Below, piece after piece: positions 1 to 8,888 of a DNA stretch of 64,000 nt. Origin of the DNA: Alphaproteobacteria bacterium (GTDB lineage Bacteria; Pseudomonadota; Alphaproteobacteria; UBA2966). Position 1 is the stretch's first letter, and the number at the start of each line of letters is the position of its first letter. The translations under genes and the position numbers were made by a program. The stretch spans positions 1,472,001 to 1,536,000 of the forward strand of contig OZ219856.1 of the NCBI GenBank assembly GCA_964291395.2. The letters are read 5' to 3'. The notes beneath the pieces were generated by a model. It was not told where the DNA came from and made no database searches. It saw only the letters and a program-made list of their open reading frames with translations.

Positions 1-57
1 ACCGACTGTCCTCGGGAGGAAAAAGACGCCTGTCTTTGCCTTCGAAAGGGGGAGACC

Positions 58-231
58 ATGGGCAAAGGCTCGAAAGGTGGTGGTACGAAAGGTGGTTCCG
101 GTAGTTCGAAGGGTGGCAAGGGCCAAGCGAACTGGCCGTCCAAGAAGGAGGGCCAGCCATCGGGCCCGCGCCGGGCAATGCTCCACCAGAAAGCAGGTGA
201 GGAGTGCCGCTGGCCGGACCCGCTGGGTTAG
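58..231 (+). CDS. Small Gly/Lys/Ser-rich protein (57 aa, MGKGSKGGGTKGGSGSSKGGKGQANWPSKKEGQPSG...), possibly frameshifted near 170
   Basis: Strong SD (GAAAGGGGGAGA) just before ATG at 58; open frame to TAG at 229-231; below the ORF-track length cutoff. Confidence 0.5.
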   Translation: MGKGSKGGGTKGGSGSSKGGKGQANWPSKKEGQPSGPRRAMLHQKAGEECRWPDPLG

Positions 232-310
232 CGTCCTGGCGGCGGCGCTCCTGCGCATGATCCAGAACGAGCCGGAAGTTGTCCGCCGGGCGTTGCTCTC
301 GGCATGAGAG

Positions 311-757
311 CTACGGATCCTGTGCTGAACCCGCGATCAACGACGCCCAATCGTCGGGCGGGTTCCCCCGGGCGAGCATTCCGGCGAACACCCTGTAGGG
401 ATCGGTCTTGCTCCCGGAGGACCGCAACGTGCGTTCGTCGTTGATCCATGCATAGACGATCACCTTTGCCCTGGCGTCGTAGCGGAAGAACACCCGGAAT
501 CGCCGGCCGATCTTCGCGCGCCGCCAGTGTCGATAGCCTCTCCCGAGCATATTCCCTTGCCGATACTCGGCCCGGGACGGGTCCTGCGGGATAACTTCCG
601 ACACCGCCCGGTCGACTGCGCGCAACAGCTTCACGTTCACATTCGATTCGAATCCTTGCGGGTCCTTTCGCCGGGCGCGCTCGGCGGCCTCCTTGAGTCT
701 GCCGCGCTGCCTGCCGAACTCCGTGTAGAACAGCAGCCTCCAGCCGTACCTTTCCAC
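311..757 (-). CDS. yhaV: YhaV-family type II toxin (RelE superfamily RNase)
   Basis: Motifs IPQDPSRAEYRQGNMLG, HWRRAK, RFRVFFRYD, IVYAWIND...TLR...DPYRVF..ML..GNPPDDW typical of YhaV; coupled to the upstream antitoxin. Confidence 0.93.
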   Translation of the reverse strand: MERYGWRLLFYTEFGRQRGRLKEAAERARRKDPQGFESNVNVKLLRAVDRAVSEVIPQDPSRAEYRQGNMLGRGYRHWRRAKIGRRFRVFFRYDARAKVIVYAWINDERTLRSSGSKTDPYRVFAGMLARGNPPDDWASLIAGSAQDP

Positions 758-1077
758 TACAGATCCACATCGCCCTCGATGGGCTCGTCGAGATCGATGT
801 CCAGCTCGGCATGTTCCAGCATCTCCCGTGCGACGTCGTCGGGGATTTCCTCCACCCCTCGTCCAGCCTCGACCTCCTTCTCCAGCAGGTCGAGAAACGC
901 CCTGATGGCCGGATCTTCGTGCTCGCCGTCGGCGCGGCTCACGACGACCTGTCCGTTTTCGTGCAGTTCGAACATCACCTTGGTTCCGGTGTCCGCGCCG
1001 AGTGCCTGGCGGATCGGCTTCGGCACCGTGATTTGGCCTTTCGCGGTCATCGTGGCGACTTCGTGAATGATTGGCAT
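757..1077 (-). CDS. prlF: PrlF/SohA-family antitoxin (AbrB-like N-terminus)
   Basis: ATMTAKGQITVPKPIRQALG swapped-hairpin motif, EDPAIRAFLDLL, acidic C-terminus IDLDEPIEGDVDL; start set at 1077 after a GGAGAGGAG SD; 1-nt overlap with yhaV. Confidence 0.92.
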   Translation of the reverse strand: MPIIHEVATMTAKGQITVPKPIRQALGADTGTKVMFELHENGQVVVSRADGEHEDPAIRAFLDLLEKEVEAGRGVEEIPDDVAREMLEHAELDIDLDEPIEGDVDL

Positions 1078-1111
1078 CCCCCGGCGCTCCTCTCCCGTGC
1101 TCCGCGACATC

Positions 1112-1129
1112 GTAAGGAATTCCCCTTAC
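1112..1129. promoter_or_regulatory. Inverted repeat, candidate PrlF/YhaV autoregulatory operator
   Basis: GTAAGG-aattcc-CCTTAC about 35 nt upstream of the prlF start. Confidence 0.55.
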
Positions 1130-1149
1130 CTCGTCAACTTGGATGAGAT

Positions 1150-1264
1150 TCCCGGCTTGGCCTCGCCTATCTCGCGGACCCTGCCTCAGCTTAAATCCGT
1201 CGAACCGCCGTGGTACGGACCCGTATGCCCGGTGATGTGGGAGGGGTTGAGCCGTGAGTCACCC
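1150..1264 (+). mobile_element. Orphan 3' end of a group IIC intron (last RT codons, domain V, partial domain VI)
   Basis: SRLGLAYLADPASA* (1150-1194) followed by GAACCGCCGTGGTACGGACCCGTATGCCCGGTGATGT (domain V with CGC triad) and GGGAGGGGTTGAGCCGTGAG-TCACCC; the terminal ...CTATCCCGAT is missing. Confidence 0.82.
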
Positions 1265-1311
1265 GCACGTCGCAGTTACAAGCAACTCTCGTTCTCCAAT
1301 AGTGACGACAA

Positions 1312-1440
1312 ATGACCGCTCCGCTCTCCTGGCTCATAGATACCAATGTGGTCTCCGAAATGATGCGGCCGCGGCCAGAACCACGCGTTGCCTCTTTTCT
1401 GGACTCGATCGCCACCGATGGCATCGGCCTCGTTTCCTCG
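1312..1440 (+). pseudogene. vapC: Truncated VapC/PIN-domain toxin (N-terminal ~40 aa only)
   Basis: WLIDTNVVSEMMRPRPEPRVASFLD is the classic PIN N-terminus; similarity is lost after ~1435; no vapB seen. Confidence 0.75.
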
Positions 1441-1658
1441 GCCGCGCCGGCGTCGGCCAGACGGGCGATCTCGGCCTCGGTATGGGTACGCGCCAGGTCG
1501 AAGGGGGCAGACCGCAGGTACATGAGCAGGCCGACGCCGCCGGGATAGGGATCGCGCCAATGTAAGACGTCGTGGCGCCTCCGACGGCGCCGGTCCACCC
1601 GCCCGGCGGCTGCGTTCCGCCGGGGCAAGGGATTCGGTCGGCGCGGCCCCTACCAGCG

Positions 1659-1778
1659 CCCTGTGGATAAGGGGACAGCCGCTCCGCGCCTGACCACTTC
1701 CACACAAGGCCGGCAACCTCAACAGCAGCGGCCAATCGATGTGCTATGAAATCCGGACAATTCTACTCGCTAGCGACA
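1659..1778 (+). mobile_element. IS end remnant (TGT-terminated, IS481/IS1202-like)
   Basis: CCTGTGGATAAGGGGACAGCCGC...TGACCACTTCCACACAAGG subterminal hairpin, then tandem imperfect repeats GCGGCCAATCGATGTGCTA / CCGGACAATTCTACTCGCTA ending GCGACA; no transposase. Family assignment is from recalled end patterns. Confidence 0.5.
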
Positions 1779-1919
1779 GCCCTTCATGCTGCTACCCTCC
1801 CCGGAAACTGACAACGCCGTGTCGTCTCCGCCGTCATGGCCGACACACTCTAGACGTATTTGAACGATCGATCCACAACGATGTGGAAGAGGCGAACCGC
1901 CCGCCGGCTCGCGCACCGT

Positions 1920-2170
1920 GCCGGACACTCGTGTCCGCGCTCGACACGTCCCTCACGCACAAGCTCGTGCAGTGCCGCGGTGACGGTTGCGTTGCGCGCT
2001 CCGGCGCGTCTTCGGATCTCGGACTGCAAGAGTGTCGCTTCGGCCTGCGCGAGCACCTGCACGATCCGCTGTTCAGGGCTTTCCGGCTCCGGCGGAGCCT
2101 GGTCCGGCACCTGGAAGGAGGGAAGACGTTCCAATGGAGCGTCGGGACTTGGTGGAACGAGAACAATGCA
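1920..2170 (-). pseudogene. C-terminal winged-helix fragment of a mobile-element protein
   Basis: SPEQRIVQVLAQAEATLLQSEIRRRAGARNATVTAALHELVREGRVER is wHTH-like; no credible N-terminus. Confidence 0.4.
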
Positions 2171-2641
2171 AGTATTCGGATGACGGCGTTGGTTGCTCCC
2201 GAGTTGGGAATTCGTTGGATTCGTTGGACTCGTTGACAAGTGGACGGCCGCAGATATGTTTCCCGGGATCAGTCCCCGGGCGCGGACGGCCATGCCATGA
2301 CGACGCTTTCCAAGACCGATGCGGCGGCGGCGCCCGAAGTCCCGGCTGTGCCGAACGCTCCTGATCCCAGCGCTTGAAGGTCCTCCTCGACGTTGCAGTC
2401 TCGCCGCGCCTGCGGCCCCTCACATACTCCGGGACGACCCCCTGTCGCGGCCGTGCGAGCGTGTCCGGTGCTGCCGCGTGAACCGCTTGGGCGTGGGCAC
2501 GGTAATCGATGGTGCGGTTTCCACGGTATTTGATGGACCCTGGGACCAACCCCGGACCAGCTCCGGGGGTGACCCGGCCGTCCACTCGCGAACGATGGAT
2601 GCCCGCATCGAGCGCGAACTCGACTCGACTCCCCTCCTCCC

Positions 2642-4393
2642 CTACTCCGCCGCGCGAGCGGCTGCACGGCGTTCGGCCCGGAGCGCCTCGGTGGCGGCCG
2701 TATCCAGGGCATCCGCCGACAGCACGACGCCGTAGAGCTCGGCGGCCTGCTCGACCGTGTAGTAGCCGCGCCTTACGTCGTCGCGCACGAGCTCGGGATC
2801 GCGGTCGAGCGGATCGCCGTAGCCGCCGCCGCCCGGCGTCGACACGCGGACGCGGTCGCCCGCCGAGATATGGATGTCCTGCTCCTTGGACAGGTGCGGC
2901 GGAACATGGGTCTTGCCGTCGCGGGTCACGCGGACCTTGTTGACGTCACCGTCCGAGCCGCCCAGCACGCCCTGGGGGCCGGTGCGCCCGTGATCCATGA
3001 CGAAGGAGGCCCTGGCCTCTCCGCGCCGCAACGTCACCTCGTAGTTGATGCCGAAGCCGCCGCGCCGCCTGCCGGCCCCGCCGGAGCCCTCGTGCAGCGA
3101 GTACTCCTCGAACAGCACGGGGTAGCGCTGCTCCACGATCTCGACCGGCTGGGTCTTGGAGATGCCGATGGTGGAGCAGCCGTTCGAGATGCCGTCGGCG
3201 TCGGCGTTTCCGCCATACCCGCCACCGCTCAACAGATACATGACGTAGCTGCGGTCTTGCTCGGGGTCGTAACCGCCCAGCGCGAAGTTGCCGCTCGTGC
3301 CCGCAGGCGCGGCGAACAGGAGATCGGGCAACGCCGGGGTCAGGGCGGCGAACACCGCCTCCGCAATGCGCTGACTCACTTCGGCCGCGCAACCGGAGAC
3401 CGGGCGCGGATACTCGGCATAGAGAAAAGTGCCTTTCGGATCCTCGATGCGAAGCGGCGCGTAGGTTCCGGCGTTGATCGGAACTTCGGGAAAGATGTGC
3501 TTGACCGCGAGATAGATGGCGGACCGCGTGGTGGCGATCACGCTGTTCATGGGGCCGAGACACGGCGGGCTCGAGTCCGACATGTCGAAGTAGAGATCCG
3601 TATCGGTCTTGCGGATCTTCATGTCGATCTTGAGCGGTTCGTCAACGACGCCGTCGGAGTCGACGTACGCCACGCCGTGGTACTCGCCGTCGGGAATGGT
3701 CGCGATCCTGGCCCGCATCTGCCGTTCCGCCCGCGCCCGCAGCTCGACGATGCATTCGTCGACGGTGTCCTTCCCGTAGCGGTCGAGCAGGGCCGTGAAA
3801 CGCCGCTCGCCGACGGTCAGCGCCGCGGCCTGCGCCTTGATGTCACCGATGCGCTGATCCGCCAACCGGATATTCGAGAGGATGATCTGCATGATCTCCT
3901 CGTCCATCACGCCTTCCTTGAACAGCTTGACCGGCGGCAGCCGCAGTCCTTCCTGCTCGACCTCCGTGGCGTTGGCGGAGAAGCCGCCGGGCACCCCCCC
4001 GCCCGTGTCCGGCCAGTGCCCCGTGTTGGAGAGCCAGGCATACACCTCGCCCTCGTAGAAGAACGGCTTGTTGAAGCGCACGTCCATCAGGTGCGTGCCG
4101 CCGAGATAGGGATCGTTGACGATATACATGTCGTCGGGCTTCAGGTCCCTGGCGCGCTCGATGACCTCCCGCGTGCCGAACTGCATGGTCCCCACGAAGA
4201 CCGGCAGGCCGAGCTCTCCCTGGGCGATCAGCTCGCCCGTGTCCTTGTGATAGATGCCGTCGGACCGGTCCAGGGCTTCGGATATGACCGGGCTGAAGGC
4301 GGACCGCACGAAGGCCAGATCCATCTCGTTGCAGACCTGTTGCAGGCCGCTCTGGATCACGGCGAGGGTCACGGGGTCGATAGTCGATGTCAT
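2642..4393 (-). CDS. Hydantoinase B/oxoprolinase family subunit (HyuB-like)
   Basis: MTSTIDPVTLAVI, NDPYLGGTHLMD, HWPDTGG, EQEGLRLPP, STPGGGGYGDP; own ATG at 4393 overlaps the hyuA stop (ATGA). Confidence 0.9.
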   Translation of the reverse strand: MTSTIDPVTLAVIQSGLQQVCNEMDLAFVRSAFSPVISEALDRSDGIYHKDTGELIAQGELGLPVFVGTMQFGTREVIERARDLKPDDMYIVNDPYLGGTHLMDVRFNKPFFYEGEVYAWLSNTGHWPDTGGGVPGGFSANATEVEQEGLRLPPVKLFKEGVMDEEIMQIILSNIRLADQRIGDIKAQAAALTVGERRFTALLDRYGKDTVDECIVELRARAERQMRARIATIPDGEYHGVAYVDSDGVVDEPLKIDMKIRKTDTDLYFDMSDSSPPCLGPMNSVIATTRSAIYLAVKHIFPEVPINAGTYAPLRIEDPKGTFLYAEYPRPVSGCAAEVSQRIAEAVFAALTPALPDLLFAAPAGTSGNFALGGYDPEQDRSYVMYLLSGGGYGGNADADGISNGCSTIGISKTQPVEIVEQRYPVLFEEYSLHEGSGGAGRRRGGFGINYEVTLRRGEARASFVMDHGRTGPQGVLGGSDGDVNKVRVTRDGKTHVPPHLSKEQDIHISAGDRVRVSTPGGGGYGDPLDRDPELVRDDVRRGYYTVEQAAELYGVVLSADALDTAATEALRAERRAAARAAE

Positions 4394-6469
4394 GATCCGG
4401 TCCCGTTCCAATCTTCGGCGAGCGCGCCGACGGTGACGACGAGGTTGCCGGCGGCGTCCACGCATACGTCGCATTCTGGCTCGATAACGGTCGTCGTATC
4501 CAGTTGCTCGACGATCGCGGGCCCGCTGAATTCGGGTTCCCGGCGGCAGGTCCTCCCGACGAAGGACGGGTGTTTCCCGCCACCCGCTCCGGTACCAGAC
4601 ACGGCGCTCCACACCCGATCCTTTCCCGCCGTTCCTGCCGCGGGTCGCCGGCGCGGCGAGCTCCGTGCCCGTTCTCCGGCCGATCACGGCGGTATGCAGA
4701 TTGACGAGCACCGCCTTGATCTCCGGAAGATCGACGGCGAAGCGGTCCCAATACACCTCCTCGAACATCCTGCGCAGCTCGTCGCGGGTGATGTCGGGCG
4801 ACGGAAGCGGGACCGTGAGGATGTGGCTCTGCCCCGCGAACTGCATGTCCGCGTCGTGCACGAAACGCAGATCCTCGACCTCGATCCCCTCCCGCTCGAC
4901 GGTCTCCCGGCCTTCCGCCATCTGCGCCTCGAGGATCGATGCGAACAAATCCATGTCGAGCACGTCGAGGGGGGCGTTGACGGTGTTGACGTAGTCGTGC
5001 CGCACGTCCGCGACCACGCAACCGATCGCGCTGGTGATACCGGGTCGGACGGGAACGATGACCTTGGGAATGCCGAGCTCGCGGGCCAGGGCCACGACGT
5101 GCAGGGGGCCGGCGCCGCCGAACGCGAACAGCGCAAAGTCGCGGGGATCCTGTCCGCGCGCGAGGGTCACCATCCGCAAGGCACCGGCCATGCGATTGTT
5201 GGCCACCTGCAGGATGGCGCTGGCGGCCTCGTCGACGTCCAGCCCCAGCGGCGCGCCGATGTCCCTGGAGATCGCGCCACGCACGTGGTCCAGCGTGACC
5301 GGCGAGTCCACCGCCAGCAGCGCGTCAGGGTCGAGTCGCCCCAGGGCGAGGTTGGCGTCGGTAATGGTCGGCCGCTCGCCGCCGCGGCCGTAGCAGACGG
5401 GTCCCGGCACCGCGCCGGCGCTTTCGGGCCCTACCTGAAGCATGCCCGCATCGTCGATCCGTGCGATGGATCCACCGCCCGCGCCAATGGTATGGACGTC
5501 CACCATGGGAACGTGGATCGGCAAGGCATAAGCGAGCTCGAGCTCGGAGCTGACCTGGGGGATGCCGTCCCGAATGATGCCCACGTCGCAGCTCGTCCCA
5601 CCCATGTCGTAGGTGACGACGTCCATGAACCCGGCGCGCCCCGCGGTGTGGGCAGCGGCCATCACGCCCGACGCCGGGCCCGACATCACCGTGTTCACGG
5701 CGGCGTCGGAGACGATCCGTGCCGAGACGGTGCCGCCGTTGCCCTGCATGACCAGGAGATCGTTGGCGTATCCCCTCTCCCGCAGTTCTTCGGACAGGCG
5801 ATCGATATAGCGGCGCAGGATCGGTTGAACCGACCCGTTGACCGCGGCCGTGGTGCCCCGTTCGTATTCCCGATATTCCGAGAGGATGGCGTGGCCCATC
5901 GTGACGTGGTCGTTGGGCCAGAGTTCCGCCGCAACTTCGGCGGCGCGGCGTTCATGGGACGGATTGACGTAGGAGTGAAGGAAATGGATCACCAGCGACT
6001 CGACGTCCAGGTCGAGCAGCGTCCGGCATGCCCGTCGCACACCTTCTTCATCGAGGGGCCGATACACCCGACCCTGCGCGTCCATCCGCTCCTCCACCTC
6101 GATACGAAGCTCCCGCGGAATCAAAGGTTCGAATACGCCCTTCAGGCCGTAGGCGTTCGGACGCGTTCTTCGACCCAACTCCAGCACGTCGCGGAATCCC
6201 GCCGTAGTTATGAGCCCGACCCTGGACAGCTTCCGCTCGAGCACCGCGTTCGTCGTCGTGGTGGTGCCGTGCACCACGACTTTCACGTCCGACAGCGCGA
6301 CGCCGGTCTCGGCAATCGCCGCAAGAACGCCGTACGCCTGGTTCTCCGGCGTGCTCGGCACCTTCGCGATACGCGGTTCCCCGCCTTCCGTGTCCGCGAC
6401 GATCAAGTCCGTGAACGTGCCGCCGACGTCGACGCCGATTATGTGATTTCGCATGGCGTTCCTTTTCAT
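4390..6469 (-). CDS. Hydantoinase A/oxoprolinase family subunit (HyuA-like) with a +1 frameshift near 4535
   Basis: GVDVGGTFTD, HGTTTTTNA, SGPASG, DMGGTSCD, IGAGGGSIA; the conserved C-terminus GPAIVEQLDTTTVIEP...GNL lies in the 4390..4614 frame. Confidence 0.88.
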
Positions 6470-7356
6470 ACGGGTCCAATGTCGCGGTAGGCGGCGACAT
6501 CCCGTCGCCCTTCGATGGCGTGCGAGCCGACGATCCGGGTTTCGCCCTTCAAGGTGAGGGCCGCCGCGACGATCCTCCCGGCCGCCTGCATGCTTCCGGC
6601 GGCATCGGCGCCCCGTCGCAATGCCGTATCGACGGAAGCGGGATCGAGAGTTCCGACATCGACCGTGACGGGGCGCTCGCCCAGGTCACTGTCGGGCTCG
6701 ACGCTCACGGCCGAAACCCGCCGTACCGCCGGGTGATCGACGTCGACGGCGTTGGCGATCAGGGTCGCCGCGACATCCGCATCCGCCGCCGTGCGGGCAA
6801 GCACCGTGACACTGTCGGCGATGCCGAGCGACATGCTGCGCCCCCGCCAACCGCTGGTCGCGATGCCGCGCACCGGTGTCTCGAAGGAGACCTCCGCCCG
6901 GCCGTCCAGGGCGGGAGCATCGAAATCGGACACCATGCCGACCGTGAATCTCTCACCTGCCGCCAGATGCAGCGCGATGTCCCCGCCGTTGTTGACATAC
7001 GCTCTTTTCAAGGTGCGATCTTCCATCGCGGCCGCCAGCGCCGCGTCCGCGACGGCCCCCGCCACCGCCGCCATGGGGGTCACGAAGACCTTCCGATGGG
7101 GCCGAACCGCGGCGGCCATGCGCCGGGCCACGGGTCCATGGAACTCTTCCCGGATCCGGGACATGGGGGTCCGCAACAATTCGAGCTCGTCCACGAGCCG
7201 ATGCAGCACGCCGTCGAAGAAGCCGGCCACCTGCCGATAGGCGGCCTCGACCTCCGGTTTCGCGCCGAACGCCTCGACGATGAGATCGATCGGGCCATGA
7301 TGGAGATGCAGGCGGCGCCCGTCCGGAAGCATGGCGGACCCGGGTCGGTCCATCAT
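6466..7356 (-). CDS. UPF0280/ApbE-superfamily protein (putative flavin transferase)
   Basis: LHLHHGPIDL, TPMAAVAGAVAD, YVNNGGDIAL, GIATSGWRGRS.SLGIADSVTV, ADVAATLIAN. Confidence 0.88.
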   Translation of the reverse strand: MMDRPGSAMLPDGRRLHLHHGPIDLIVEAFGAKPEVEAAYRQVAGFFDGVLHRLVDELELLRTPMSRIREEFHGPVARRMAAAVRPHRKVFVTPMAAVAGAVADAALAAAMEDRTLKRAYVNNGGDIALHLAAGERFTVGMVSDFDAPALDGRAEVSFETPVRGIATSGWRGRSMSLGIADSVTVLARTAADADVAATLIANAVDVDHPAVRRVSAVSVEPDSDLGERPVTVDVGTLDPASVDTALRRGADAAGSMQAAGRIVAAALTLKGETRIVGSHAIEGRRDVAAYRDIGPV

Positions 7357-8885
7357 GCCTTCGCCCCGGGGAATGAAGCGTCATCGAGGGGCCAGGGCGA
7401 TCCGCCGGACCAGGCTTCCTGGCGTACACCGTCCGCATCGATGTCTTCCAGCTCGCGGATACTGTCCGTGTGTCCGCCGAGCGCCGCGTAGTCTTCTCGA
7501 CCCAAGGTGAACTCGATGGGGGCCACGATGGCCGGTGTCGGAACGTACCCGAACCCGTTTGCCGGCAAGCGGGTCACGTCCACCATGATCGTGATCCCGC
7601 CCCCGGGCCATACGAATGCCGGAGCTCCGCCGCAAGTGACCCGCGTCAACGTCCGGTGCACCGAATGGGTCAACCGGACCGGGTTTTCGGTGACGCCGGC
7701 ACGGAGACTGCCTCCCGCGCCCGCCATGAACAGAATCGACGTCAGGGCCGGTTCGCAGTTTTCGCCGATCCGACTCACGACCATGTCGAGATGCTCCGGC
7801 ATGGCCGCGGGTTCCGGCTCCAGGTCCTCATCGAGAACGAAGTACGCGGAATCCTCTCCCGTCGTGCTGACCATGAGAAGGCGCAATCCCGGGCGCGCCT
7901 TCTTCGGGTCGATCTTCTCGATGATCGCGAGGGGATCCGTGACGTCCGTGCCACCCCAGCCGCTCCCCGGCTCCGCGACCTGGAAGTAGCGCCCCGGCGT
8001 CGAGCGGCGACCGCGGACCCGGATTCCGGACGGCTCCATTCCCAGAAAGCGGCCGGCCTGATGCTCGCTCAGCACGCCGGTGATGTGGTCGTCGACGACG
8101 ATGACCTCGTCGGCATGGCCGTGCCACTGCTTGGCGAATATGCCGATGGTGGCGGATCCGCAGCCGACCCTCATGCGCTCCTCCTCGAGATCGTCGATGA
8201 CCGGAGGCCGGCCGGCCTGCAGCGTGAGGCTCGCGCCGCCTTCGACGGTGAGGTCGACGGCCTCTCCATTGCAAAGATCGAGCATCATCCGACAGGTGAC
8301 GGTCCCCTCCTTCTTGCTGCCTCCCGTCAAATGCCGGACGCCTCCGAGCGCCAGCATCTGCGAGCCGTACTCGGCCGTGGTGACGTGACCCACCTGCTCC
8401 CCTTCGCAGCGAACCGGCGCGGTCTCGGGTCCGACGTAGCGGTCGGTGTCGATCTTCGCCTTCAGGCCGCAGTAGCTGAAGATTCCTTCGGAGACGACCG
8501 TCACCATGTCGATGCCCCGATGCTCGCCCGCGACGATGAACGGCGCGGGTTTGTAGTCCGGGTACGTGGTTCCCGAACCGATCCCGGTGACGAAGGTATC
8601 CGCGGGGCGCAGCACGGTGCCGTCCCAGTCGCCCTCTCCGGCGAAGGGAACGGCATTTCCCGACGCGTCCGTGACCTTGCGCATCACCGCCATGGGGTCC
8701 ATGCGGGTGAGCACGCCGTCCATGTTGCCGTAGCGGTCGCAGGCACCGGTCCGCCCCGGCCGTATCCGGCACAGCACCGGACAGGCGTCACACGTGATCA
8801 CCCCCGCGGTCTTGTCGCGCGGGGCGGCTTCCGGAGTGCCGGAGCCGGCGGTATCCACCTCGGTACGGGTCGGCCTGTCTGACAT
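7353..8885 (-). CDS. hnr: 6-hydroxynicotinate reductase
   Basis: N-terminal CDACPVLC...GACDRY Fe-S motif, GTTYPDYKPAPFIV, MRVGCGSATIG, VDDHITG, STPGRYF, GAGGSLRAG, WPGGGIT; directly downstream of a nicotinate dehydrogenase-like gene. Confidence 0.9.
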   Translation of the reverse strand: MSDRPTRTEVDTAGSGTPEAAPRDKTAGVITCDACPVLCRIRPGRTGACDRYGNMDGVLTRMDPMAVMRKVTDASGNAVPFAGEGDWDGTVLRPADTFVTGIGSGTTYPDYKPAPFIVAGEHRGIDMVTVVSEGIFSYCGLKAKIDTDRYVGPETAPVRCEGEQVGHVTTAEYGSQMLALGGVRHLTGGSKKEGTVTCRMMLDLCNGEAVDLTVEGGASLTLQAGRPPVIDDLEEERMRVGCGSATIGIFAKQWHGHADEVIVVDDHITGVLSEHQAGRFLGMEPSGIRVRGRRSTPGRYFQVAEPGSGWGGTDVTDPLAIIEKIDPKKARPGLRLLMVSTTGEDSAYFVLDEDLEPEPAAMPEHLDMVVSRIGENCEPALTSILFMAGAGGSLRAGVTENPVRLTHSVHRTLTRVTCGGAPAFVWPGGGITIMVDVTRLPANGFGYVPTPAIVAPIEFTLGREDYAALGGHTDSIRELEDIDADGVRQEAWSGGSPWPLDDASFPGAKA

Positions 8886-8888
8886 GGT

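Noticed and set aside
1662-1670. DnaA box (TGTGGATAA) suggesting an origin
   Set aside because: Single box inside an IS subterminal hairpin; no box cluster or AT-rich unwinding element.
2210-2236. 9-nt tandem repeat (ATTCGTTGG x~3) as a CRISPR or iteron array
   Set aside because: Too short, no spacers, no cas or rep gene.
2642-6469. 1275-aa ORF as a natural fused 5-oxoprolinase
   Set aside because: The conserved HyuA C-terminus is in another frame and the native stop/start overlap persists; the fusion depends on a single extra base.
2870-6490. Very long antisense ORFs (also 20448..24263, 11343..13151, 30702..32549)
   Set aside because: Shadow frames of GC-rich genes on the opposite strand; no recognisable motifs.
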